Below are positions 12,061 to 25,656 of a stretch of DNA of 64,000 nt, piece after piece. Position 1 is the stretch's first letter. Every line of letters starts with the position of its first letter. The stretch is from the NCBI GenBank assembly GCA_051294375.1, contig JBJCIZ010000040.1, positions 302,273 through 366,272 of the forward strand. The letters run 5' to 3'. Position numbers and translations under genes: made by a program. The DNA comes from Paraspadella gotoi. Its lineage: Eukaryota; Animalia; Chaetognatha. The notes beneath the pieces are model-generated. The model did no database searches and was not told where the DNA came from. It saw nothing but the letters and a program-made list of their open reading frames with translations.

Positions 12061-12954
12061 GATGAAGAATTGTGACGATGTAAGAGAAGTAGAAAAGAAG
12101 TGAGTGTAGCTCTCTCCTGATCCACTTTTATCATCGCCCGGACCAACTTGACCTTACGGTCGCCTCGGCCCTATTACTGTGTCCGGTCAATCTAAGGTCA
12201 TTGCCAAAGCTAGGGCAAAGTGACCGTGTGGATAAACCAGCTCGGAGAAAAAGGAGAGAGGAAGGGTTTAGAGAGAAAGACCGGTGGTAAGTCGCCTCAT
12301 AAGCTTCCATTTTTAAAAAGTTGTAAAAGTTTTAAAAAGTTAAGCACACTCGGGCCTGTAAGTACTTGTTAAAATTTTTAGATGATCAACACCTTTCAGA
12401 TCCCAATCTACTTCTACGTCTCGACGGTCAGTCTATGCAAGGCAAGCGCACCAGTTGTTATGATGTAAAATATTCTCAATTTGTTATATAGGAACATAAA
12501 GGTCAGAGAATTTTATAACTAATGAAATGAATGAAAATCAATCAGTCATTTAAGAGTAATATTGTAATAATTATTTCACTAAACTAGCCATAGCTAGAAA
12601 TCTACTATGAAATTAAATTCAATAGGGGCGGGGGTTCAAAACTTTAGTCTTGAAGTCTACTTTCAGGTAAAAAAAAGTTCAATTATAACGCTTTTATTGT
12701 TGCTATCAAAATTACAATATTACTATATAATGATAAAAGTTTTTTTTAATCAATCTTATCTTTTTTGATGGATTCTGATAGAGCATAAAAAGTTAAATAA
12801 AAAATATAACATCTGACACATAATTATTGAGACGGCTTCCGGGGCCTGTAGACGGCGTCTAGGACGCGTAGAAAGCTCCTTTTTTTTTAATGAAGCCTAG
12901 AATGTTTGTCTGCCAAACTGTGAATTTTTTTTTATCGGCCCGCGAGTTTTCAAG

Positions 12955-13298
12955 ATGCAGTCAATTTCCTCTGAAGCGCGCTGTCAAGTCATTGCCCAAT
13001 TCTACCAAAATCATGAACAAGAAGGAGCAGCAGTTACTTTAAAGTATTTTTGAAGCTAAATGTTAGCACTTAGCCGTCCATCTATTTATCGCGTAATACA
13101 AAGAGTAAGGTCTGAAGTTACTCTCAAGCACAAAAAAGTCGAAGGGCGGCCAAGAAAACTCACGGCAAGACAGTCGCGCACCATCAATGGAAAATAAAGT
13201 TGGGTTTTCTTCGAGAGAGCTGGCGTCTCGATTGAAGGTCCCTACGCCACATTTCACTAGAAAATCGTGACTTTTTTGGTTCAACTTGTTCATCTGTA
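12955..13298 (+). pseudogene. Tc1/mariner-superfamily transposase N-terminal HTH fragment
   Basis: Read through stops: MQSISSEARCQVIAQFYQNHEQEG...SRPSIYRVIQR...EGRPRKLT...NKVGFSSRELASRLKV, with the GRPR linker typical of paired HTH domains. Ends in CTG|TA. Second copy at ~21650-21995. Confidence 0.6.
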
Positions 13299-14737
13299 TT
13301 TAGTTAACGTTATTAGTATTAAAAAATTTTATTTTGTATTTATATTTACAATAAAATGTTATAAACGTTAACACATTCAATCTTTTGTCTCAATAATTAT
13401 GTTTTCTTGGTAAAAATTGAGAAAAACTTTTTCAAAAAGTAATAAAATTATCGAAAGATGATGATGATAATGATTATAAATACTTTTTCTGATATAAATC
13501 CNNNNNNNNNNGCTTTGTCTTCGACGATGAGCTCGATGCATTAGATGATCCAACCACGACTGTGGATGCATCTTCCAGTCCTTTGCCCATGTTGACGAAC
13601 GGTGGGGGCGCTGATGAAGACAGCGACCACCCAATCGTATAGACTCTCGCTTTTATACCGACGACGTTTTTTATTTAAGGTTTTTATTCAGTTTTTAGAT
13701 TGCCATTTTTTTTTTTATTGCTCTGTTTTTAATGTTTGATTATCTACGTATCGAATCAATGTTTCAGCTATGATTGTTAATTCGCCCGTCTCATGTTTTA
13801 AATTTGATAAGACCATGATTTTACAACTTATAATATTTAGGGTTTTACGTTTTTATGGTTTATACGTTTCTTTACGTTAGTTCATTACGTTTGAAAAAAA
13901 AAAAATAGTTTCCTAGTTTTCTTAATCTGTCAACGTTTATGTATTTTTTTCTTTTTTTTTATGACAATATTACGACGCGACGACATGATTGTGTCCCTCG
14001 TTGACGGTTTTCACGTGGCAGCTTCTGCGAATGCTGACCACGACAACGAGACCGGGTTTTATTATTTTCTTTTTTTTGACGACGACCGTCACTACGATTA
14101 CGATGAAAACTACGTCCCTTGTTCCGCGGTAGAGCCGGAGTACCGAGATACTCTACCTGCGTTGACGAGGTCAAGGGAAGGCGAGCCCGGTGACTCTCTG
14201 ACTTGATATCCACCGGAGAGGCGTGTGTCACGACCTTCTTATGGAGACGAGCGTGACCTCGGATGACCTTGGTTGCTGCCGAGGCTAAGCCTGCGATGTT
14301 CTGCCCGCAGCAAGAAGTTTGACATCCCTGGAGGTCCTTGATCGCCGACGGAGGGTGTGATAGCATGCCTAGACCGCGGTGACGAGCGGTGGGGGCGCCG
14401 GTAAGTGCCTTAACACAACTTGGGAACTGACAAGACGGACCCACCATTTTTATGAGCAGTAATTATGTTTAGATTGACTTTTTTTCGTGTTTAAAGTTAA
14501 AGTAGTTTCACGTTTAACGTTTGAATCAAATTTAGATTTTGCTTTCGTAAAAAAAAAAATTATTATGTCTAGGTTAAATGTCTTTGGCAAGATTAATTCA
14601 TTTTACATTGTTTTAGGTTTATGCTGCTTAGTGCTTACATTGCTTTTAAGCTTACGATTTTCTAAGATTGATTACATGTACGGATTTGAATATTTTAATT
14701 ATTGAAACGATTTTATTCCAATGTATTGTTTTGCTTA

Positions 14738-17700
14738 TTGATCGCAAAGATGCAAAGCTTCTGTCCTTGCGGTCCAGGATGGGAGGGCCTCGACCAATCA
14801 ACCGTCGAAGTTGGGAAGAAGATTATTTTACCTTTTTCCCCACGAATTTCACGCGTTAGCATTCAAGGAAACGCCGGTTGCTTGGAGTTTAATTGAGACG
14901 CTCGATCTTGCCCCTTGGACGGGCCAACCGTTCTAAAACATGCGTTTATCAATTGCAGTAATGGTTTTGACTTTGATGCACGAATTTTTATCTTGTTTTT
15001 ATTTATGTTCTATCTGTTTTTACTCGTTTCGTGCCTTTTGTTATGGATGCAAATATAAATTACTAACCGCTAACCTTTGGATTCCTGGTCGAAATATTAG
15101 GTTTTTAGGCAGCAAGATCAAACATTTAGAAACGGAGCTGGAACGACATCGCGTCTTCGCCGAGGTTGAGAGATTTGAAAAAGGTGAGAATTTGAAAATT
15201 CGATTGAAATTTTTACTTTGATTCCCGGCCTTTTTATGACGCGAAATTTTTCGCCAAAAACGCGACGCTGGTGAAAAAAACTAATATTTCTTTCTCCCTT
15301 TCTCTCTTCGGCGAAAATTAACGACGCGCCGGAGATTTCATGATACTAAGGCAAAAAATATTTGTCTTCATTTAACGACGCTGATGGTGGAGAAGATGTT
15401 GAGAATTTCTGCCGTCTTCTCACACCTTCAGCCAAAGATTATTGACGGCTTGAGCATCGTCGTTCTGACGACGGACGCTCGCCTTTATACGTTTTGACAT
15501 ATTATTTAACCTTTTCCCCTTTTATTTTTCGGTTTTTTTCTTTCCTATAGATTCGAGATAGCTTCCCACTTGGCTCCGCCTTTGCCGGTGCCTCGCAAAA
15601 TCAGCCTGATGTGAGCTTTGGGCGGCGCCATCTGGAGTTGGTTCGCGGAGCTGAAGCAGGTCGCAGAAGGAAGATTCCGGATTACAACCCTCGGATGCGG
15701 GTCAATGCCGCCCTGATGTGTGTGGAAGGGACGAGCATGACGACATTGGATTCAAAAAGAACTAAGTGCTAACAGAGATGAAGTGAATGCAAGCTGTTGA
15801 GCTACTTCTTCTTGCTTTGGGATGTTTGGCACAGCAAAGAGGTTTCCAAGGAGCCCAAGTTTATGGTCTCCTCCCAGATCTTTTTTCCTGATACGGCTGT
15901 GGAGTGCTTGGTGTTCTACCACTCAGGTTGATGGTAAGGCCCAAAGGTGATTGTCAACTGGTCACCTGCTGATGAATTTAGAAAGGGCCTTTCTTCAGTC
16001 TGAAGGGAGGGTGCACCTGCACAGGCTACCTTCCAAGTGGGCAGAGCTGTGGGTGAAGCTCAGCCTGGCTGGTCTTGTGGTGGCTCCAGAAGGGCTGCTA
16101 ACAGGAACTGCCGGGCTTCCAAGCTGCCCTAGTTATGCTGCTCGGGAGCATTCCACCATTTCTAGCAGGAAGATCAGGGACAAAGAGGGAAGGGAGGTCA
16201 GTCAGCAATCTGGTTCTGGAGAGATTCGCATGGGTCTGGTAAGAGTAGCAGGTTCTGCCTTAAATCTATGAAAAGCTGAGTTAGCAGCAATTAAAAGCTA
16301 CACAGGCTATTGCCAGGAAATGGTTGAATATATTGAAAAAAGATTTTTGACAGAATCAAGCTTTTAAATGCTGCTTTAGAAAACAAAAATTTGAAAGAGA
16401 TCTTAATTAAAAGAATTGAAGGAAAGAAGATTTCCAGGATGACTTGCAGCAAGAATTGATGCTGCTGAAGCTATTGATAATGAACAAGAATTACCTTCTT
16501 CTTGCAGATCCTCCCTCAACCTACACAGGATATTGGTCGCGGATTGGACGGCCAAAAGCATCCTCCGTCGACTGGATGGCTACAATGGAGGTGATGCTGC
16601 TGCTTCCAACGGCAGTAGAGAAGAATTCTTTAAAGGAGAACCATCGATTTCAAAGGATCCTTCACCAGGTGCTATTGCTCTGAATCCTTTGGCAGGGGTT
16701 TAGGTTCCTCTATTAATCCGTCTCTTTGGTTTCAGCCGCAGCAGCGCCTGTAATCGGTGCAGCCCTTCCTCCCACCGTCCCTCCAACACATTCAGATGTC
16801 GGGAGGATTGTGCCCTGCTGCACATGGTTGGCGGCAGCACTTTGCAACGTAAGCGCCATCTCAAAAGGGCAAGAAAATGGTCCGGGCACACCAGCAGTTG
16901 TTTGAGCCTTTCCTGAGGGAATGCTATACACGTTGAGAGTGTTCAGGGCATGAACTGGGCATGACAAGTTTTTTGAATTGTTGAGTGGACTAAGGGAGGC
17001 GCAATATGGCGATCCAAGAGTTTAAGATGCAATGCCAATGGTGACGAAGCTCTGGAATTTCAAAGACCAAGATTACGCGAATATTGGGGTTACAAAAATG
17101 TACTGCTTTGGGATAAATTGGAAGAGCTTCCTGAGAGAAGAGGAGAGATCAAAGTTCTCTGAAGGCATTGATGGTCTGCGCGAATTTTGTTGGGATCTCC
17201 AATGGATGGCAAAGGTTAAGTCTCAAATTCAATGCATGATTATAAAGAGTTGATCTCCATGACGTCCTGCGGGAATCATCGAAAAGACATCCCCTTCATC
17301 AGAAGAGCTTGGAAGGGAAAATTTCACCAGCAAGATGACGGTCACGGTTGAATCGCATCAGCAATGACACGCGGAATGGACTGGACTCCACTGCTGTGGC
17401 AAGAAGATTCCGTATTGTCAAGTATGTAAGAATGAACAAATATTATGATTGTTCTTTGTTCCAAATCAAATCGGTGTCTGAAGCGAGGAGTTTCCCAGAT
17501 TCGGAGCACTGGCAGCTGCTATTGATGTCTGCGCAGGAGGACACATGCAATCAAGATTGCTGGGTTCAAAGAGATTGTGTAGCAAGTGCCGATTCCAGAT
17601 CTACAGCACCCGCTCCTTCATTTTGATGCTCAACTGCCCAGTCTCAGTTCGGATTTTGGTGACCTGCCCAGAGAAGGTGGTTCGATATCTAGAGATGATT

Positions 17701-20700
17701 GGAGGCTGAAGAGTCTTCAGGCAATTAATTGATTGGCTGATGGGGCATTTTTGGTGCTCTCCCCATGGAAAGGTGGCCGTAACTGCTGTGATGAACCTTT
17801 CTAAGGTTGACCATCGTCCATGGCTATCAGAGAGCCGAGAAAGCCCATGCTAAATGTTGGCTTCGCGATCTGAAGCTTTTGACACAGTGAATGGGATTGT
17901 CAGGAGTGTTGAATGAAAGAGTGCCTCTGAGATCTCAAAAGTCAGTTGACCCTCTTCAAGCCAATTCTGGACAATGCCCATAGTGCTTGTTCGTAGGAGA
18001 TGATAAGCCTGGAGAGGTCAGGATTTTACCATGATGCTTAAACTGAAGTTAAGAGGTATAAGTTGAATAGTCAGCTCCATGCAGGTCAAGACGAACAGCA
18101 AGTTATTCGGCATCGTTGCTTCGCTTTAGGGAGAACCTATCGTGCTGATGGCGGTGTGAAAGGTTTCTTTCACCAGGTGAGGGTTTCTCCTCTTGACACA
18201 GAGCTTTAAGGTTTGGCCTTTTGCGTGATTCTTGAGGTCTTTGAGCCTTAGATTCCTCAAAGCTCTCATAACTGTGTTCGGTTTTGAAACCCTCCCCATC
18301 TGACCTGGCGCATTTGTGGTCAAGGTCGTGATAAATACCATCCTGTCACAATTGAGGCAGTTAAAGGATTTGTATGTCGACGATATCATGAATGGTCAGG
18401 CCATCTGTTGAAAGATGCAAAAATTCACGTTTGAACTGCAGGAGTTGTTCGCCGCTGGTGGGTTTCAAATCACCATAATGGCGGCGAATGACCCTGAGGT
18501 GCGCCAGGCGATTAGAGATTGTGGCCATCAGGCCTGAAGAGGTTGAGGGATCCTGATGAGCTGGATGGGAAAGCCTTGGCGTAGCTATGATTGAGGCCCA
18601 ACGATGATTTGGCCTTTAAGGTTGGATCACTTAAGGAGGGGGAGAAGTGAGGACTAGGAATCGTCTCTCCCCTACCTCATTTGCCAAACGGCATACTTCA
18701 GCGCTTGTGTCGAGAAGGGGTGCAATTGGGATGATCCTGTGCCCAAGGACGAGTTAGATTTGTTCATGGAATGGAGAGGTTCCCCGGCCGAGATTGAAAA
18801 AATTAAGGCTTCAGGAGAATACCATCTCCCATCGAGTTTGGAGATGTTGGTGACAGGGCAGCTCCACCCTGTTGGTGATGCCTCCATGGAAGCATATGGT
18901 GCGGGTTTGCTATCTTCGCTTGCTTTTGACCTCGCGATCGAGGTGGCAACCCATTTCAATCAAGAAATAAGGCTGTTGAGGAAGAACACTCCCGCGTCTG
19001 TGAATTAACTGCTGCAGTCGTGGCGGTTGACCTCTACAGTTTGCTAGAAACAAGAACTCGATGGAAAAGGGCAGACTCCGTTGACTCTGTGGTGTCGGAC
19101 TCTCAATGTGTCCTGAAGCAGATTCGCAATACAGAGACCCTTTAAGCCTTTGTTGCAATCGCGTCAACAAAGATCCTGGAAAGGGACGGACGGCCTATCA
19201 GTGGAAGATTGTTCCCTACGGACGTTAAATCCAGCTGACATGTGCTCCAGAGGGGCTTGAGGGCTGATGCGGAAGGAGAAGTGGACCAACTCCATCAGGG
19301 TCCCAGGTTTCTCCAGAGAGTTGCCCGAGTCTGGCCCATGGAGCAGATGTGACTAAAGCCTGAAGAAGTTTACTGTCGTGCCAGAGTGACATGTTAATGT
19401 TACTAGGCTGTGAAGATGACTTGTTTTACCGCTCTTTGAGAATTTCAACATGGAAAAGAAGCGGTTCGACGCATATCGTCTTGCAGCGGTTTCTGGACCA
19501 CCTCTTCAGTTCTCGCAGGTCTCTTTATTCCTCTTGAGCGTGCTGAGGTGACTTGGTCCGGTTTACGTGCAGCAGCAGTCATTCTCTGCACATTGAAGCG
19601 TTTGGCAATTTTCAGAGAGATGTCGAGACGAGAGCTTCGATCGGGGAATTTGCCTCTGAGAAAGTCTTGACCCCTTTGTGATGATGCCGGCACCCATAGG
19701 TTGTGGCAGATCTTGACAAGCGCGGACGAGGAGTATCGACTAGACACCCATGGATCTCCTTCGTCGTACATCTTGTCAAGGACCTGATTCAAAAGTATCA
19801 TGAAGAGTTTGGCGGCATGGTGGGGTGGAGGCCACATTGGCTTCATCTTCGGTCTAAGTTCTGGATCAATGGGGCGCGCTCTGCCACCAGATCAATGGAG
19901 ATGCATTGTTTTTCATTGCCGAAAGATGCGAGCGCAACCCCTTGACCAGAAAATGGGCACCTTCTTACTGACCGATCGTGATGAACAAGGCCATCCATTC
20001 CTCTCTACACGGTGTAGGACTTAATTTGGTGCCGTAGGAAGAGATTGAGACCGTTTGCAGCATGAAGTTGAGGCGCGGTAGCCACCGTGGAGCTTTTCTG
20101 ATGGTGAAGGTCGCCATCAAAGTGACGCTTGCACTACCGTCCACAAGCCATTCAGGTTTGTTGTTGTTGTCAAAACGTGCAGTAAGGGTTCTGTACTACC
20201 AGCAGCGGCCGTTTACTGCCTCCGGTGTGGTCGGCCGTTTCCCCCGGCTTGCATAACCTGGTAGCATTTGATTGCTTGGTCCTCCAAATTTGTCCGATGA
20301 TTAGAAACAAGTCCATTGATTGAAATCAGGAGAGGAGTTGAAAGAGTTTTGCCAACTGGTTGATGATGTGAATTGTCGTGCTGTTGCTGTTGTTGGGGAA
20401 ACGGCGCTGCTGTGTTGTCGCTGTGTCTTTGGTGAAGCCAGGGGCCAGACCTGTTCCTGGGTGTAGTTGGCCACGTCCCGAAAGTCGTGGCAAACACGCT
20501 GCGTACGTGCGTCGGTGGATGCATCATCCGCAAGTTGGGCGGGAAAGTCAGAAAGGTCCTCCGAGATGCCCCATCGATTAGGTGTCGATATGATTGACAC
20601 TTTTCAAATTGGTTTTGACGTGATCTTGAAGATCACCTTGGGCAGAATAAAATGCGTTCGCCTTCTTGGCGATCGCTTCCGGGTCTTCGTCCCCATCGCT

Positions 20701-22197
20701 GACTACCCTTCCGGCCACCGTGGCTGGAGAGAAGATGAAGAAATTGTGACGATGTAAGAGAAGTAGAAAAGAAGTGAGTGTAGCTTCTCTCCTGATCCAC
20801 TTTTATTCATCGCCCGGACAAACTTGACTTACGGGTCGCCTCGGCCCTATTACTGTGTCCGGTTCAATCTAAGGTCATTGCCAAAGGCTTAGGGCAAAGT
20901 GGACCGTGTCTGGATAAACCAGCTCGGAGAAAAGGAGAGAGGAAGGTTTAGAAGGAGAAAAGACGTGGTAAGTCGCCTCAATAAGCTTCCATTTTTAAAA
21001 AAGTTGTAAAAGTTTTTAAAAAGTTAAGGCACAACTCGGGCCTTAAGTACTTGTTAAAAATTTTTAGATGCATCACACCTTTCAGATCCCAATCACTTCT
21101 CTACGTTCTCGACGGTCAGTCTATGCAAGGCAAGCGCACCAGTTTTTATGATTGTAAAAATATTCTTCAATTTGTATATAGGAACATAAAGGTCAGAGAT
21201 TATAACTAATGATGAATGAAAATCAATCAGTCATTTAAGAGTAATATTGTAATAATTATTTTCAACTAAACTAGCCATAGCTAGAAATCTAACTATGAAA
21301 TTAAATTCAATAGGGGCGGGGGTTCAAAATTTAGTCTTGAAGTCTACTTTCAGGGTAAAAAAAAGTTCAATTATAACGCTTTTATTGTTGCTATCAAAAT
21401 ATACAATATTACTATATAATGATAAAAGTTTTTTTTAATCAATCTTATCTTTTTTGAATGGATTCTGATAGAGCATAAAAGTTAAATAAAAAATATAACA
21501 TCTGACAACATAATTATTTGAAGACGGCTTCCGGGGCCTGTAGACGGGCGTCTAGGACGCCGTAGAAAAGCTCCTTTTTTTTTAATGAAGCCTAGAATGT
21601 TTGTCTGCCAAACTGTGAATTTTTTTTTATCGGCCCGCGAGTTTTCAAGATGCAGTCAATTTTCCTCTGAAGCGCGCTGTCAAGTCATTGCCCAATTCTA
21701 CCAAAATCATGAACAAGAAGGAGCAGCAGTTTACTTTAAAGTATTTTTGAAGCTAAATGTTAGCACTTAGCCGTCCATCTATTTATCGCGTAATACAAAG
21801 AGTAAGGTCTGAAGTTACTCTCAAGCACAAAAACGTCGAAGGGCGGCCAAGAAAACTCACGGCAAGACAGTCGCGCACCATCAATGGAAAATAAAGTTGG
21901 GTTTTCTTCGAGAGAGCTGGCGTCTCGATTGAAGGTCCCTACGCCACATTTCACTAGAAAATCGTGACTTTTTTGGTTCAACTTGTTCATCTGTATTTAG
22001 TTAACGTTATTAGTATTAAAAAATTTTATTTTGTATTTATATTTACAATAAAATGTTATAAACGTTAAACACATTCAATCTTTTGTCTCAATAATTATGT
22101 TTTCTTGGTAAAAATTGAGAAAAACTTTTTCAAAAAGTAATAAAATTATCGAAAGATGATGATGATAATGATTATAAATATTTTTCTGATATAATCC
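14738..22197 (+). repeat. Indel-riddled duplicate of 6161-13501 (probable assembly artefact)
   Basis: Colinear with 6161-13501, including the Bel/Gypsy junction. Differences are mostly 1-bp indels; lies between N gaps. Confidence 0.85.
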
Positions 22198-22273
22198 TTT
22201 CTTTTCGTTGTTTGGGACGATTAGAGACAGTTTGAGTTTAGTTTTGACAACGATTTTATTTGATTCAAAAACA

Positions 22274-22307
22274 GACATGTTTCGGCTTCATTTCAAGCCT
22301 TCATCAG
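22274..22307 (-). ncRNA. Minimal type I hammerhead ribozyme
   Basis: Minus strand reads CTGATGAAGGCTT-GAAATG-AAGCCGAAACATGTC. Confidence 0.85.
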
Positions 22308-22712
22308 CATTAGTGAACTTTGAAAATATTTTTGTGTAAAGGAAGAGAGAAAGAGAGATAAAAGAGAGAGAGAGGCAAAGTTTCCAACACAGAGTTTAGA
22401 AAGGACAGTGGTCAATTGGTGAGGACAGGCTGAAGTTGAGAAAAAGACAGAGTAAGTTGTGAAAAGAAGTGAAATGGTGAAAAAGAGAGAGAGAGAGAGA
22501 GAGAGAGAAAAACAGTGCAAAATCTTTACATTGTGTAATGTATAACAATAAGAAAAAATTTTAAACTGATGAATATTAGTGAAGTATAACAATTAATCTA
22601 CTTAATAATTAGTGAGAGTGAAACAGGAAATTTGAAATTGAAAGGATAGATTTGAGAGATGAGTTAGTAAGTAATAAAGTGAAATTGAGAAGTAAAGATA
22701 GAGCTCAAAATG

Positions 22713-22981
22713 GAGCAACTCAGTCCCTTCCTCTGTGGAATGAGCGCCGCCCAAAACGGCGGCTACAGGAGGAGGGAGAGGAGCCCGACACTCCTGTCGC
22801 AAAAGCGGCAAGAACGGACAACCGCCCGCCTCGCCAGCAGGCGAGAAGAGGGCAGTCGGCAGGCGTATCAGGCCAGAGAGACATTCGAATAGCACTTGGG
22901 CTCTTCCCGCAGGGAACTCTTCCTGACGCATCCATGACAAGCTCAATCCAACTGTCATCTCAGCCTATGACATGCCAATGA
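22713..22981 (+). CDS. 5'-truncated small basic ORF in the PLE pseudo-LTR (homolog of 53148-53438)
   Basis: PKRRLQEE...PVAK...QQARRGQSAGVSGQRDIRIALGLFPQGTLPDASM; 44 of 61 aligned residues identical to the PLE-B peptide, 15 of them with synonymous codon differences. Confidence 0.6.
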
Positions 22982-23442
22982 CCCGGCCTCATCGATCATG
23001 CCTCTCATTTGCCCATGCCAAGGGGGCCAGCTCATTTTGAGCTCTATCTTTACTTCTCAATTTCACTTTATTACTTACTAACTCATCTCTCAAATCTATC
23101 CTTTCAATTTCAAATTTCCTGTTTCACTCTCACTAATTATTAAGTAGATTAATTGTTATACTTCACTAATATTCATCAGTTTAAAATTTTTCTTATTGTT
23201 ATACATTACACAATGTAAAGATTTTGCACTGTTTTTCTCTCTCTCTCTCTCTCTCTCTCTTTTCACCATTTCACTTCTTTTCACAACTTACTCTGTCTTT
23301 TTCTCAACTTCAGCCTGTCCTCACCAATTGACCACTGTCCTTTCTAAACTCTGTGTTGGAAACTTTGCCCTCTCTCTCTCTCTCTCTGTTTATCTCTCTT
23401 TCTCTCTTCCTTTACACAAAATATTTTCAAAGTTCACTAATG

Positions 23443-23476
23443 CTGATGAAGGCTTGAAATGAAGCCGAAACATGTC
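23443..23476 (+). ncRNA. Minimal type I hammerhead ribozyme
   Basis: CTGATGAAGGCTT-GAAATG-AAGCCGAAACATGTC. Confidence 0.85.
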
Positions 23477-25581
23477 TGTTTTTGAATCAAATNNNNNNNN
23501 NNNNNNNNNNNNNNNNNTCACAATGAATCTTTTTTTTTACGTGGACGTCCGGCCTTGGAATTAAGCACTTGTTTAAAGTCAAAGTAAAGTTATTTAACCT
23601 GAGCGACGTGATTAACCGCTCACTTTTACATTATGATTTCGTTGAAATAATTTAATTTTAACGTCGTTAATAAGTCTGTAAATTTATTTATATTTCGTTT
23701 CATGTGTTACACGCAAGGAACCCAGAAGACGTGTCAATTCCGTTCCCCTTTTTCTCAACCCCTTTAATTCATTCCTTCGTTAATGTGTGAACTTGTCTTG
23801 TTAAGTTAATCATGTATCTGAATTTAGTAACATTTTAATTTTCTATCTGTGTACGTCACTGAAGATCACGTTTCTGAAAGTACAAGATTAATATGTTTTG
23901 GTAACAGTTCACGTTTATTTTCCGGTTTTGTGTCTTTGAAATTAGACGATTTTTGTATGCTCGTCGTGATAATTCGGTTTCAACGTTTTAAAAATATTTT
24001 TTTGTCTGATGATCTTTGCTTAATTGAACCGAGATTTATTTTTAAGAAACTCAAGTACAAAATAATTGATACTTTCATAGAGAATGTTTATTTTATGATA
24101 TGAACAGTTTTTATTTCAATCCGTATTTTTGTACAATGATGTTTAATGTTTTAAAAAAAAAAATTATTATGGTTTGAGGTCACTGACGTTTTCGGACGGG
24201 CTACTTAAAAATAGTTTACAAGGTTGCACAATTTTCATTTTTCTCTCATTTTTGTTTATTTTCGTAAGTTTACTATTTTCTCATTTCTCATTTTTCTTTT
24301 ACTATTTTCATTTTCCTCTATTTTCTCAATTCATCCCTCCTTCCTTCAAGGGGCAGTTTTCCGGCTCCCTTTGCTGTCACCGGAAAAGGTGGGGGTGTTG
24401 AGAGATGCCGTTGCTCATCTGTTTATTTTACTCATCATGATTCGTTTTCTACTTTTTGTCTGTTCAAGCCTATCTGTGTGCTACTTTCTATGCTCTTTAC
24501 CTTCACGTTTCACAAGAGAGATCACTGAGAGACTTCAGCCCGTCCCAAAACGGCCTTTTTACGGGGACATGAGACATGTTTTCACTCAGTCACGTCTTGT
24601 CACCACTTGTAGCAGATCATGACGTCTTGTCACGTGGACAATAGACTTGTGGAGTCCCACACTTCGACCCAAGGCACTTTCGATGGACTTGTGGACAACT
24701 GACGGAGGCGGTGACAAAGAGGCTGACACCCTCGCCGACAAAGGTCTCGGCGTCACTCGCGACGGCGACACCAAAGGGGCGTGGATGCGGCCGCGCCCAC
24801 TTCCGGCGACGAGGGGAGTTGACGGCAGTCTCCCCCAGTAATGGCGCGACGGGTCATAGGACGGAGATACGCCTGGCGAGGCAGGCTGACTACTAGTTCC
24901 TCGACAATGCCAGATTTAACTCGTCCAGGACTTGCATTATTTAATTGACGTTGTTCTTTGGTCCGCCAATTCAGAAAAAAGTCGGATTTAACGCAAAAAT
25001 ATGTGTTTCAGATTCGTTATAACAAAAAAAATACAAAGGTAACTGTATGAGCGAAATGAAAATGGTCAATTTACGTAACGATATAAAATACTTATAATAA
25101 TATATACAATATACATGTTTCCATACGGTTTTTAACCCGAGTTTCCGCCATAATTATCGGAACAACGATAAATAACTCCTTTATCTTTTTTCTGTCCACT
25201 CCGTCTACATCATCTCCGTCACCATTTGTTCTCATTGTGCGTCCGTTATAATCGTCGTCTTCATGACGTCATTATCGTTCTCATATAACGTCCGAATCGA
25301 CAACGGTTTAAATGCGCGTTCCTTCCTCTTTGCTAAGCTTGCTTCCTGTTTGGCTGCTTGCTAGCTCTACTATGTGATTGTTTGGGCTTTTTTGGTTTTC
25401 TTTCTTTCTTCCTTTTCTTTCTTTCTTATAGTCTTTCTTTCTTATCTTTCCTTTCTTTCATCCAACTCCAATAACGACATTCTCGAATTCGCCAACGCGA
25501 AAGATCGCGCTATGACGTAACGGAAAAATCTTGACGTCTATTTTCTTTCTCGTTGCGAAGTGATATCCCGAATGTCTCTCT

Positions 25582-25656
<75 letters not shown>

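Noticed and set aside
13611-13640. CTGATGAAGAC as another hammerhead
   Set aside because: No closing stem II or GAAA follows.
14738-22197. Second independent Bel/Pao and Gypsy insertion
   Set aside because: Same junctions and flanks as copy 1, with an error-like indel pattern; treated as a duplicate or artefact.
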